DNA of 64,000 nucleotides, from positions 33,852,001-33,916,000 of the forward strand of contig OZ024757.1 in assembly GCA_964016885.1 (NCBI GenBank), in the 5' to 3' direction. The position numbers were made by a program, and so were the translations under genes. Of the stretch, positions 50,521 through 64,000 are shown one piece after another (the stretch's first letter is position 1; each line of letters begins with the position of its first letter). The DNA is from Eledone cirrhosa. Its lineage: Eukaryota. A model generated the notes under the pieces. That model was not told the origin of the DNA. It was given only the letters and a program-made list of their open reading frames with translations, and searched no databases.

Positions 50521-50769
50521 GGTTGTAGAGAGAATCACCTACTGCTCAGAAACTCTTTTGCACTATTTGTTCCAATGCAGAAACCACCAGTCTGAGAGAG
50601 AGGACATATTGAAGTTGATCATTAAAAATCTTCCATGATAAGCAATAAGCACAAAGCGAATAATCTCCAGAGTCAGGCAGTAAATCATGTACGTATGTAT
50701 GCTTATGGAAGTAAATCAAATCAACACGCTACCACCACCATAACTGAAACTTAAAAGTCAGCCCGCCTC

Positions 50770-50940
50770 GTGGTCCCGGCCGACAGGATGAAGAAAACAT
50801 TGCCTCGGAGGACGGCGACACGCTGAAAGAGTCACTGCCACATCACAGGGCTCACAACTGCGGGCAGCCAACTCCGCTCTGGTAGCAGTGAGCAGGGATG
50901 TGGTCCCGGGGCCAAGAACACTGGAAGTTTCCACTGCTAC
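50770..50940 (-). mobile_element. CRE-like remnant upstream of UBA5
   Basis: VAVETSSVLGP...RGNVFFILSAG. Confidence 0.65.
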
Positions 50941-53419
50941 AATATATTCTCAAAGATCTATCAACTATAAACAAGATATTGCAATACATGGAGTCTACGA
51001 AAGAAATTCAATAAACTTTTAGCTGACCTTGTTTTTCACTTTTTTAAAATCTTATTTACATTTCTTTTTCTTTCCGTTGGCTTCCACTCTCTTTTTTTTA
51101 AAAACCTTTCTGTCTATCTTGCCTTTGTTTCTTAACTGTAAAGAGTACTCTGCCCTAGCTCTATACTGACGTTTAAATTAATTAAATAACTAAATAAATA
51201 GACATCACATTATCAATACACTTTATACAGCGTATAAATCTATGTATATATATATATATTTTTTTTTCTTTTTTACCCACAGCACTTGGTGGAGTCACCA
51301 CGGCGCTGTAGTTGACAGGACGTTTCTTGGTCATTTCAAAAACACAATTGTATAAATAACATTACAAATTGTTTCTAATTCTAATGAAAATATACACACA
51401 AATAATATATACAATATACACACAAATAATATATACAATATCCCCTCAGTTTTGGAGCCGGCTAATTTATCCAGAATTGATGGGAAGAGACCAGATAGTC
51501 TAACTTTTTTCCCCTGAGTAAGAGGGAGCTGTCTCCTCTGGGACATCACAGTCAGTTGCTCCTTCCCACATCCTGGATGCTGTGGTAAATGTGAGCGAGG
51601 GTCACTGCTTTCGTATCCGAACAGAATAAAATTCTAAAGTACCGGGAATTAACGGTAAACTATTTCTTACAGCCAGTGACGTTCGAAGAAACTGGGTCGC
51701 TGACAGCGAAGTTCTTGTCATTGTTAGCTGCTCGCCTTACCGATGTGTCAAGTGATGCCCATGAAGGTGCTTGGCTGTTTCTGCGCCTTAGCCACGCCAT
51801 CATCCGTAGTAATTCTGCGAGCCTGTTAGCTTGCTTCAACAAATTTTAGGAGGTTCCGCTGCCACTTGTGATGTGTGACAGATTGATAAACTTAGGTTTT
51901 CCCCCGATTTCATTGTATATGTTTGTGTTATATTTATAAGTAACACAGAGGAGATTGAGGTTAGCTGGACATGCTCACCGACATTCAGTTGACACACTGA
52001 AAGAGGGAGACCGAGGTTGAAATATATGGATGCCCTAAGGACAGACACTGGTGTCTGGGAGACGCAGGACATGGCGGCGACGATGAGGGACAGACCGCTG
52101 GAGAGAACTCGTCCATCAATCTCGGGAATTTTACCCGCCCCAGATAGATATTTATAAGGTTTCATGAATTCTATTTTTATGGGAAACAGTGCCAGATTTT
52201 CCATTGTGCTTAGGTTGGCCGGGGGGGGGGGCATCTTCCTGCCAATGAATTACAAAGAATTACCTACTGGGCCCAAATAAGGGGCCTCATAACTTAACAA
52301 ACACAGGGCTTCAAAATGTCCTAAATCAGGCGCCGGTGATACATCATGATTAAAATATATTTCCTTTTGTTTTGATTCTATACTTTAATGTGAAATATTT
52401 ATGTAATTACCTTTCCAGACCTGCCAACCGTCGGACGGGGAGAGTTAACAGCTCTGCAAATGTTTATAATTAAATGAAATATGTAATATTGGTTTCTAGT
52501 TTACGCACAAGGCCAGCAATTTCGTAGTGGAAGAAAGTTGATTATATCGACCCAGTACTTAACTGGTAAGGCAGCAAATTAAAACGTTGGATAGAAGGGT
52601 TTGTGCTATTCGTTCCGGCTCTCTGCTCTCGGAGTTCAAATCCCACCGAGGTAAACTTTGCCTTTCATCCTTTCGGGGTCGACAAAAAAAAGTACCAGTC
52701 TAGTAGTGGGTCGAATCTTCCTCTCTATCTCTTTCTTTCTCTCACTCATAATCCTTCTCTGGAAGAAATCTGCTGTACTCAGGCTGGAGTGGGATGGACT
52801 CCGCCAGACTTAAAATGCCCATGAATACACCCCCCGCCCTTAGGAGTTATGTGACTATCACATCACTTGACTGGTACTTTATTTTATCGACCCCAAAAAG
52901 ATGAAAGGCAGATCTGTCAATTCTCCACGCCCGACGAGCAGAATTCCCACCCACTTCGAGGTGGGTGAGAGATGTCTTCTCTGGTGAAAATGGATATAGC
53001 TTTCATTATGTAAAATCTCCCCATTTTGCCTCATTTCTCCCCGTTTTGGGGTTAGTAGGTCTGAATTTGTATAAAACGGTGGAGAGATGCGATTTAAGAG
53101 AGATTTGGCTGCTGTTTCTAGCATGTCCTGTGACTGCGTCAAAGTATCTCCATTGACTCGATAGAGACTTTGCCTTCTTATTTCGCCTGACATCCGTCGG
53201 TTTCGACGATGAGTGTTCCAGTTCTTTAAAGTCCATGAGATTGACGACGGAGGCCCAACATCTGTGTGTATCAGGGGCGGTAGAACTAGGGGGAGCAGGG
53301 GGACCATGCCCACCCTTAATAATTATATATTTCTCTCTAAACTACCATACTATTTATGTACATGTTATGTTTATCGCATATCGAACTTTTTTTTTATATC
53401 TTGGTTGATATTAGACAAT

Positions 53420-53899
53420 TGTTTCTACTTTAGGCACAAGGCCAACAATTTGAAGAGGAGGGTAAAGTCGATTAAATCGACCCCAGTGCATTATATTTTA
53501 TTTATCAACCTCGTAAGGATGAAAGGCAAACCTAACCTCGGTAGGATTTAAACTCAATGTAAGGCGCCGTAACGATGCTCTAAAGCATAGTGTCTGACGC
53601 TCTACCGATACTGCTAATAGAGAAATGATGGAAGATTCGAACTCAGAACATAAAGGGCCGTAATTCTATGTCGTGAAGCATGGCGTCTGACGCTCTACTG
53701 ATCCTGCCAATCCACCACCCTGTAATTGTTTCTACTTTTGGCACAAGGCCAGCAATTACTCAATACATTACTGGTACTTTATTTTATCGACCCCGGTAGG
53801 ATGAAAGGCAAAGTTAACCTCGGCGGGATTTGAACTTAGAACGTAGTGCCGTGAGGCATGGTGTCTGACGCTCTACCGATCCTGTCAATCCACCACCCT
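53420..53899 (-). mobile_element. Cluster of three SINE family 2 copies
   Basis: Reverse-complement matches to the family consensus. Confidence 0.8.
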
Positions 53900-54377
53900 G
53901 TTGATATTAGATAATAACAACTAAACTAATCACTACAAATAAATTGACTAAATTTGTGTGTGTGTGTGTGTGTGTCCCCCCTCCACACACACATACCACC
54001 GCCACCAGTTCAGAAGTACTTCCGCCGCCCCTATGTATGTGTGTGTGTATGTGAGTATGTGTGTGGGTGTAAGTGTGCGCACGTATGTGTACGTGTCTGT
54101 GATTAACGAAGTAAGAATAAGTAGAGAGGAGCGGTGTCCAGTTAGAGAGAAAAGGAAGGCCAGGACAAGTTTGAGTAGTGCGGGACTTGAGGTCATTAAG
54201 TACACAGCAGTAGCAGCAGCCAAAACAACAGTAAGGCTACACAAAGAAACGACTATAAACAAAACAACACTAACTCAACAAGACAACGAAGGAGTTTGTA
54301 GATCTGGGGTCTGAAACACGAGGCCCGTAAACTACTTTTCTATGGCCCGCGGCAGAACAATTTTCGTGACTAATAAA

Positions 54378-54990
54378 GTATGAAATAGACCTTAACTTTA
54401 CACCACTAAACCTAAATATCAACAGTATGAGGTAGACCTTAACTTTACACCACTAAACCTAAACATTAACAGTATGAGGTAGACCTTAACTTTACACCAC
54501 TAAACCTAAACATTAACAGTATGAGATAGACCTTAACTTTACACCTCTAAACCTAAACATTAACAGTATGAGGTAGACCTTAACTTTACACCACTAAACC
54601 TAAACATTAACAGTATGAGATAGACCTTAACTTTACACCTCTAAACCTAAACATTAACAGTATGAGGTAGACCTTAACTTTACACCACTAAACCTAAACA
54701 TTAACAGTATGAGATAGACCTTAACTTTACACCTCTAAACCTAAACATTAACAGTATGAGGTAGACCTTAACTTTACACCACTAAACCTAAACATTAACA
54801 GTATGAGGTAGACCTTAACTTTACACCACTAAACCTAAACATTAACAGTATGAGGTAGACCTTAACTTTACACCTCTAAACCTAAACATTAACAGTATGA
54901 GGTAGACCTTAACTTTACACCACTAAACCTAAACATCGACAGTATAAGGTAGACCTTAACTTTACACCACTAAACCTAAACATTAACAGT
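54378..54990. repeat. 47-bp tandem satellite, about 13 copies
   Basis: Unit gtatgaggtagaccttaactttacaccactaaacctaaacattaaca. Confidence 0.95.
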
Positions 54991-55269
54991 CCCCCAACAT
55001 GTACCAATTCACATAACTTACTATCATCTGTATTAATGTTGATAGAAAAATAAATAAATAGACGAGATTAGCTCTGCTTTTCATCCTTACGGAGTCAATA
55101 AAATAAAAAGCACCAGTAATGCACTGGGTCGATTTAATCGACTTCTCCTCCCCTTCAAATTGCTGGCCTTATGCCTAAAGTAGAAACAATTAATATTACA
55201 GTTCTGATACTACACAGGGGGTGTATGTTTATTTCCCATATTGCTTTTATGAACAAGTCATATTCTCTA

Positions 55270-55850
55270 ATATGTCGTTCGCCTCTTGATCCCGGCCGAC
55301 AGGATGGAGAAGACATTGCCCCCGGAGCACGGTGAGGGAGACGTGTTGGAACAGCTAATCCACCTCATGGGGCTTGTACCTGCGGGCAGCCAACTGCGCT
55401 CTGATAGCAGTGATGTGGTCCGGAAACCAAGAACGCCAGAAGTCTCCACTGCTACAGGCTCTTCCACAAATTTATCAGAGAGCGGCCGATACTTGCACAG
55501 TTTGTTCTCTTCGGCCTGACAGGCAGCAAAGCCTGGACAGGTAGCTGAAGGTTGCCGCTAGAGAAGGTGTCACAGCATGTAGCATTCCAGATGAGGGGCC
55601 TACCCCCGCGGAACTGGAACAACGCCATGCCATGTGGTCTTTTGCCGCCCCCTCGGGAAGGCTCGCTGGCTCGAGAAGCCTGCGTCGTCCAGGCCATGTT
55701 TTCTGATATCGTTGAGAGCCGTATGACGTGTGAGGCGGCCAGCACTGTAACGGAATGACAGAGAAACCGCAGGGGCATTAGTGATGCTCACAGACCGAGA
55801 TTCAGGGAAACATCAATGGGCAAGAAGTTGCTCTTGTGAGTGAAATTGAG
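55270..55850 (-). mobile_element. CRE-like non-LTR element, C-terminal endonuclease region
   Basis: [57 protein letters not shown]. Confidence 0.8.
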
Positions 55851-56257
55851 AAGATGGAAAGTTTTTGAAAGCCCATCGAAAGGACTGTACCTGTAATTCA
55901 GAGGTCAGCCATGCTAGACACTGTGCCATGTTGAATCTCCCTGAGAAATACATTACGGGTCAACTTCCTTTCAAAGTATTTTCCCATTATGCGCCCTTTT
56001 GGCTGTATTACATTACAGACAAGCAAGCAATCAGAGAGTTTTAGTAATATATAGATAAAATGAACTGTACCAGTAATTCAAAGAGTTGGCCTTGTCAGAC
56101 AATCTCCTGCTGAATCTCCCTGAGAATTACATTAAGAGTACACGCGTCTGTGAAAAGTTCAGCCACTTATACGATGAACTGTAACACAAAGGGACAGTCT
56201 TGTCATACACTGTCATGCTGAATCTTCCTGAGAATTACGGTACACGTGTCTGTGGAA

Positions 56258-57005
56258 TATATACACTATGTACACTACATACACACTATACATACACTAT
56301 ATATAGACACTATATCTACACACTATATATACACTATCTACACACTATATGTACACTATGTACACACTATATATACTCTATACACAGTATGTACACACTA
56401 TATATACACTATGTACACACTATATATACTCTATATACAGTATGTACACACTATATATACAGTATGTACACACTATATATACACTATGTACACACTATAT
56501 ATACACTATATACAGTATGTACACACTATATATATACACTATGTACACACTATCTACACACTATATATACTCTATATACAGTATGCACACACTATATATA
56601 CACTATATATACACTATGTGCACACTATATATACACTATATACAGTATGTACACACTATATATACAATATATACACTATATACACACTATATATACACTA
56701 TATACACACTATATATACTATGTACACACTATATATACACTATGCACTCTATATATACACTATATACAGTATGTACACACTATATATACACTATGTACAT
56801 ACTATATATACACTATATATACACTATATATACACTATGTACACACTATATAAACACTATATATATACAGTATGTACACACTATACATACACTATGTACA
56901 CACTATATATATACACAATATACACACTATATACTCTATGATTACACTATATATATATATACTATATACACTATATATAGTGTATATACTATATATACAC
57001 TATAT
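56258..57005. repeat. TATACAC-type low-complexity repeat
   Basis: Direct inspection. Confidence 0.9.
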
Positions 57006-57009
57006 ATTA

Positions 57010-57200
57010 TGTTGGAGGGGCGCCAAACGTTATGTCTGATATAGTGTGTTGGGGGTTAACATCACTGATACAGCCCAGATCGGCCATATCAGGATTGCTG
57101 AACATAGAGCAGTATTGTTTCTGCAGTATCTCGCCCATCGTTTCGGCATTATCTGGGAATGCGCCATTTTCACCAACTAGAGGGCCAACAGTGGACTTGT
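57010..57200 (-). mobile_element. CR1-like ORF2 fragment
   Basis: STVGPLVGENG...MGEILQKQYCSMFS. Confidence 0.6.
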
Positions 57201-57277
57201 CCAAGAGGAAAGCAAAGGTTGACGATACAGCTTGATACCAGTGACATCACAACTGATATATATATATACAGTATATA

Positions 57278-57333
<56 letters not shown>

Positions 57334-57535
57334 AGATTTGAATGGATACAGTTTAGTTGAAAGGAATTTATTGACACGTGTTTCTATAACAGTTACATAA
57401 CCTGAACACAGTATATACACTATATATATACAGTATACACACTATATATATACACTATATATATGTTGTCCAAGAGAAAAGCAAAGATTGACAATACAGC
57501 TTGATACCAGTGACATCACAACTGATATATATACA

Positions 57536-57796
57536 CAGTGCCGGATTTAGATTTGATGAGTCCCTAAACTATTTGAGATAATGGGGCCCTTTATATGTTA
57601 TAAAAAATGTTATAAAAACTGCAAAACGATCAATATTAAAGCAGAAAACTGTTTAAAACTATTGCATTATTTTAGTTCTTTTTTATCTTATATTTTGGAA
57701 ATCTACACATCGTTTTTTTTTCAATTCTTTCGGGGGCCCAAGAAAGTGGGGGCCCTAAGCTATAGCTTGTTTAGCTTATACGTAAATCCGGCTCTG
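57536..57796. mobile_element. hAT-type MITE
   Basis: TIR cagtgccggattta / taaatccggctctg; 8-bp TSD tatataca. Confidence 0.75.
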
Positions 57797-58731
57797 TATA
57801 TACAATATACACACTATATATATACACTATATGTTGTCCAAGAGAAAGACAAAGGTTGACGATACAGCTTGATACCAGTGACATCACAACGGATGTATAT
57901 ATACAATATACACACTATATATATATATATATACAATATACACACAATATATATATATACACTATATATATGTTGTCCAAGAGAAAGGCAAAGGCTAATG
58001 ACACAGCTCGGTACCAACGACGTCATAACTCATTTCTACAGCTGAGTGAACTGGAGCAACGTAAAATAAAGTGTCTTGCTCAAGAACTCAACATACAGCC
58101 TGGGCTGAGAATCGAACTCACAACCTCACGATTTTAAGTCCGACGTACTAACCACTAAACGATGCGCCTTCACAGAAAATAAAATAAAATAAAAATAAAA
58201 AAATGGGACCCGGGACCGGATGAGGGGGGGGGGGGGCGTTGATTAAATAGTGGAAGGGTTTTGGAAGCACAGTAGGGAACTAGACATAATGCAGGGCTTA
58301 GAAACAATGCATGAGGATTTCAGGGATAGAAAGGGACTCAACGTAGGGAGTTCCGAATGATTTTAGAAGCCAAACGTAAGACACACACACACACACATCT
58401 CACATACACACACATAAACATCTCACATACACACACATAAACACCTCACATACACACGCACGCGTGCACACATTCACACATACGCACAAACATACACACA
58501 CAAACACTTCACATACACAAACACTTCACATACACAAACACCTCACATACACATACACGCGTACACACAAACATACACACTCACACACATACACGCACAC
58601 ACGTACACATACACTCAAACGTACATACACACGTACACATACACAAACGTAGACACATGCACGGAATCACGCAAGCTAATACGCACATATACACATACAT
58701 ACACGTACAAACATTCGTGCCACATACATGC

Positions 58732-58769
<38 letters not shown>

Positions 58770-59004
58770 TTACACGCAAGCATACATAGACAAGCACAAC
58801 CACAAACACGCATACACAAATACACATCCACAAACACGCACATACATACATACATACACGTAGACAGATAAACACATACATAAACACAGACACACACATA
58901 TAGACATACACATATGCGCGCACACACACACATCACTGACTCAGTTGTGCAATTAAGGTGTGTGTGTGATTTGATGACTAGATTGTTCCGGTTGACAGAT
59001 AGAA

Positions 59005-59545
59005 CTGATGGTGGTGGTGGCGATAATGGTGGAGGTGGTGGTGGTGGTGGTGGCGATAATGGCGGAGGTGGTGGTGGTGTCGATGATGGTGGTGGTGGTG
59101 GTGGCGGCGATGATGGTGGCAGTGTTGGTGGTAGTGGCGGTGCTGGTGGTGGTGGCGATGATGGTGGTAGTGGTGGTGCTGGTGGCGATGATGGTGGTAG
59201 TGGTGGTGCTGGTGGTGGTGGCGATGATGGTGGTAGTGGTGGTGGTGGCGATTATGGTGGTAGTGGTGGCGATGATGGTGGTAGTGGTGGTGCTGGTGGT
59301 GGTGGCGATGATGGTGGTAGTGGTGGTGCTGGTGGTGGTGGCGATGATGGTGGTAGTAGTGTAATGGTTATGGTGGCGGTTGTGGGTGGTGATGGTGCTG
59401 GTGGGTGTGATGTAATTGTTGTCGAAGTGGTTTTGGTGGTCGAGGTGATGTCATTGCTGTGGTAGTGATGATGGTGTTGGTGGGGGTGATGGTGGGGATG
59501 TGATGGTGGGGTGGTGATGGTGGGGGCGGGTGATGATGATGGTGT
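59005..59545. repeat. (GGT/GAT/GGC)n trinucleotide repeat
   Basis: Direct inspection. Confidence 0.9.
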
Positions 59546-59942
59546 GTGTGTGTGGGGGGGGAGTATTATCTTCAGTAATTAACAAAGTTCAATGTGTGCA
59601 TGGTTAGATAGGTGTGTAGGTGGATGGGTCGTGGGTAGATGGCTGTGTGTGTGGATGACTGTGTGTATGTGTGTGTGTAGATAGCTGTGTGTGTGTGCGT
59701 GTGTGTGTGGGGGGGGGGGTGAAAACTGCTGAGGAATCATTTATAAATTGTCTCAGAAGAAGTCACGATCTACGTCGGTTTCGAGGATGAGTGGTCTAGT
59801 TGTTCAATCAACCGAACAGCCTGCTTGTGAAATGAACCTGTAAATGGCTGGAGTATGTAACTGTAATCTTAGCTCTCTGCAGCGATCAAACTTTTTTCTT
59901 CATAATTTTATATACATGTCCTCTGTTTCAGGTCGTCAAGCA

Positions 59943-60638
59943 ATGAGCACAGAACAACGAACAAACTTGAAGTTTCTGGCAGGGTTGGGGAAAACTCCGT
60001 CAGAAGCACTGGGATTGCTGCAGCAAGTGTATGGAGATGAGACGATGTCATGCTCACGTGTTTTTGAGTGGTGCAAAATGACCCCAGGAGCGGAAGGCCC
60101 TCAACAACCAGGACTGAGGTCAATGTTGAGCGCGTCAGGCAGATGGTGCGTAGCGATCGTCGGCTGACTGTTCGACTGATGGCAAATGAGCTGGGCATGG
60201 ATCGGGACAGCGTCTGGAAGATTCTCACTGAAGATTTGGACATGCGGGAAGTCTGCGCGAAGATGGTGTCAAAACTGTTGAACGATGACCAGAAGGGTCG
60301 ACGCATGCAAGTGTTCCAGGACATCCTCGAGCGTCTTGAAACCGAACCAGACTTGCTAGGGACAGTCATCACCGGTGATGAGTCATGGATCTTCGAGTAC
60401 GACCCGGAGGGGACCCATTTTGAAGAGGTTAACGACATCAAAAAGGCCGTGACGACGGAACTGCGGAGGATCCCGGAAGAATCCTTCCAGGAGTGCATGC
60501 AAGCGTGGCAGAAAAGGATGGAAAAGTGCATTAGACTCCAGGGGGATTACTTTGAAGGAGAAAACTCTCAGTGTGAAGTTTGGGTTTGAAATAAATCTTT
60601 TGTGACATCAGTCCTGGAACTTTTCTGACACACCTCGT
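59943..60638 (+). mobile_element. Mariner transposase remnant (HTH region and first catalytic Asp kept, rest of catalytic core deleted), right TIR present
   Basis: EQRTNLKFL, RSGRPST, VITGDESWIFEYDPE fused to GTHFEE...CIRLQGDYFEG; frameshift near 60078; ends ctgacacacctcg|TA. Confidence 0.9.
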
Positions 60639-60661
60639 ATATATATATACACACATACATA

Positions 60662-60856
60662 CGAGAGTGGGCTTAAAAGTTCATAGGCTGATCAAGATAC
60701 TCTCATGGAATGACCAAATGAGGTTTATTTTTTAACATGGCCGCTGGAAAGAAACAATGCAGTTATTAAGAAGAATTGAAATTAATGCATGTAAGATTTC
60801 ACAGCTCTAGCATCACTTCTTCATAGTCAGCCGATGAACATTTCAGCTTACCCTCG
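60662..60856. mobile_element. Mariner-type MITE
   Basis: TA|cgagagtgggcttaaaagttcataggctga ... tcagccgatgaacatttcagcttaccctcg|TA. Confidence 0.75.
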
Positions 60857-61721
60857 TATATGTGTCTGCGTGTGTATGTGTGTGTATGTGTGAATGTGGG
60901 TGTATATGTATATATGTATGTGTGTATATGTGTGTGTGTGTGTATGTATGTGTACAAAGGTACATACAGCAGTCAAACATTAACTGAATTAGTTATATTT
61001 TACACACACACACAGAGTTAAGATCATGCTCACATCATAGTTAAGATACTCAGACATATAGATTGTATGCTAAGATACTCAGACATATAGAATATATGTT
61101 AAGATAGATCATAGGTAAGATACTCGGACATATAGATTATATGCTAAGATACATCATAGATAAGATACTCAGGCCAATGATAGATTATATGCTAAGATAC
61201 ATCATAGATAAGATACTCAGGTCTAACATAGATAATATGCTAAAACATCATAGGTAAGTGATATTCAAACATCATAGATAAATGATACTTAGACACATCG
61301 TAGCTAAGATAATACTCAGACACATCAGAGCTTAGTGGAACTCAGACACATAATAGATAAGATACTAGAAACTGCTAAATGTGTGACCGCCTTCTTGTCT
61401 CTCTGTCTTTTCAGCCCCATGGATTATACTCCTTTGTTAAATTTTGAATACCTGATGATGTCACCGGATTCATACTGAACCCGGTCATTAAAGTACCAGT
61501 AATGCACTGGGTAATTGCTGGCCTTGTGCCTAAAGTAGAAACAATTATATATATATATAATGGCGGTGCCTCAGAAAGGCTTCAGACTGTCGACTAGAAC
61601 ATGTAATGGAGTAATATATATATATGAAAAAATATCGTTCTTTACAAAAGCAATAAAAAAATATTGGAAACATGGGTGGAGAAGTTCAAACAGCTCAAAA
61701 TACAGTAATTTATTATATATT

Positions 61722-61850
61722 TAGGAAAAGAATCAGGACCCCGACGTCTGAGCTCCGCCTGTTTCGACAGTTAGATCCGAGCTAGATCCGGTCTGATCTA
61801 GCTGTCGAAACGGACGGAGCTCAGCCGTCGGGGTTCTAATTCTTTTCCTA
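61722..61850. repeat. Imperfect palindrome of about 128 bp
   Basis: taggaaaagaat...gtttcgacag pairs with ctgtcgaaac...attcttttccta. Confidence 0.9.
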
Positions 61851-61919
61851 TTACCCACTCTACTACCCTAAGTATCGAGTACTCTGGTGCGCTATGGTCC
61901 ACTTGGTTTCTTACCACAT

Positions 61920-61978
<59 letters not shown>

Positions 61979-61984
61979 GTGTGT

Positions 61985-62233
61985 ATCCCGGGTTAAATCG
62001 GGGGTAACCACAGTAAGTAAAGTACTCAATACATAGAGTATAAATATTTAATATAGAAATGGCTTCTACAGGACTAGAACTGTTTTATTGGAAGGAAATC
62101 ACCAGGAAAGCCCTGATGACTTCCTTTTAATGAAACAGTTCTAGTCCTGTAGAAGCCGTTTCTATATTAAATATTTATACTCTATGTATTGAGTACCTTA
62201 CTTACTGTGGTTACCCCCGATTGAACCCGGGAT
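61985..62233. mobile_element. Foldback of about 250 bp, Penelope-like-derived, CTGATGA...GAAAC core near the centre
   Basis: Arms of about 120 bp with few mismatches; right arm matches 1820-1925. Confidence 0.6.
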
Positions 62234-62304
62234 AAACTTATATATATATTTATATATATATATGCAATATGCAGCATCACAGATAAGATGGTATTCGTGC
62301 ACAT

Positions 62305-62655
62305 CAAAGGTAATATGTTAAGACATATCATAGGTAAGATGTTAAGACATATCATAGGTAAGATGTTAAGACATATCATAGGTAAGATGTTAAGACATAT
62401 CATAGGTAATATGTTAAGACATATCATAGGTAAGATGTTAAGACCTATCATAGGTAATATGTTAAGACATATCATAGGTAAGATGTTAAGACATATCATA
62501 GGTAAGATGTTAAGACATATCAAAGGTAATATGTTAAGACATATCATAGGTAAGATGTTAAGACATATCATAGGTAAGATGTTAAGACATATCAAAGGTA
62601 ATATGTTAAGACATATCATAGGTAATATGTTAAGACATATCATAGGTAAGATGAT
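62305..62655. repeat. 24-bp tandem repeat, about 14 copies
   Basis: Unit gttaagacatatcataggtaagat; degenerate relatives at about 61020-61370. Confidence 0.95.
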
Positions 62656-62835
62656 CAATTCTTTTCTGATTTTGTCATTTGATTGGTTCTTGTTTATTAA
62701 AATTCCTTAACAGCACATTTAGAACTTGCTACATGGCCACCATCAATTGTAACGACCTTTACCAGCCTTTCTATGTCAGCCTGACCGACGACCTCAATAG
62801 GAAATAGTGATTCAAATATATATGTATAAATGTAT

Positions 62836-62879
<44 letters not shown>

Positions 62880-62886
<7 letters not shown>

Positions 62887-64000
62887 CAAATAGATAGGTT
62901 TATATATATATATACATACACATTTATTCATATGTATACATACATATACACATTTATTCATATATACACATACATATACATACATATACAAATTTATTCA
63001 TATATATACATACATATACACATTTATTCATATATATACACATACATATACACATTTATTCATATATATACATATACATACATATACACATTTATTCATA
63101 TATATATATATATACATACATATACACATTTATTCATATATATACATACATATACACATTTATTCATATATATATATACATACATATACACATTTATTCA
63201 TATATATACATACATATACATACATATACACATTTATTCATATATATATACATACATATACACATTTATTCATATATATACATACATATACACATTTATT
63301 CATATATATACATACATATACACATTTATTCATATATATACATACATATACATACATATACACATTTATTCATATATATATACATACATATACACATTTA
63401 TTCATATATATATACATACATATACACATTTATTCATATATATACATACATATACACATTTATTCATATATATATACATACATATACACATTTATTCATA
63501 TGTTCTTTGTTATTTATTTATTATATACATACATATACACATTTATTCATATATATACATACATATACACATTTATTCATATATATACATACATATACAT
63601 ACATATACACATTTATTCATATATATATACATATACACATTTATTCATATATATATACATACATATACACATTTATTCATATATATATATATATACATAC
63701 ATATACACATTTATTCATATATATACATACATATACACATTTATTCATATATATATATACATACATATACACATTTATTCATATATATATATACATACAT
63801 ATACACATTTATTCATATATATACATACATATACACATTTATTCATATATATACATACATATACACATTTATTCATATATATACATACATATACATACAT
63901 ATACACATTTATTCATATATATATACATACATATACACATTTATTCATATATATATACATACATATACACATTTATTCATATATATACATGCATATACAC
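62880..64000. repeat. AT-rich minisatellite of about 30 bp
   Basis: Repeating cacatttattcatatatatacatacatata. Confidence 0.95.

Noticed and set aside
58914-59465. Gly/Asp-rich ORF as a structural protein
   Set aside because: GGT/GAT trinucleotide repeat with no signal peptide or convincing splice context.
62182-62710. MLRHIIGK / ICLNILPM repeat proteins
   Set aside because: 24-bp tandem repeat that happens to be open on both strands.

Overview
Repeat-rich, AT-rich animal genomic DNA; the SINE/LINE/microsatellite complement suggests a cephalopod, probably Octopus (inference). One complete protein-coding gene can be assembled by hand: UBA5 (UFM1-activating E1), minus strand, 12 GT-AG exons from 50315 to 32231, 398 aa. 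A second minus-strand gene has a signal-peptide-type first coding exon at 2733-2649 and runs off the left edge. The rest is decayed retroelements (RTE, CR1, Tx1/L1, R4/Dong, CRE, Penelope-like foldbacks with hammerhead-like cores), DNA transposons and MITEs (mariner, Tc1, hAT, piggyBac-like), two tRNA-derived SINE families, satellites and microsatellites. Nearly all ORFs in the track are microsatellite or TE artefacts. The least explained region is about 15.9-27.5 kb. It holds three diverged copies of a module (NRF1-type GCGCATGCGC site, AAAATGGC, 11-codon ORF, TGAATAAA, GTAAAG donor). Two copies have a paralogous terminal exon. Between them lie a nested palindrome, two related satellites and a GC-rich structured island. 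No databases were searched; family names come from motif recognition and TE boundaries are approximate.
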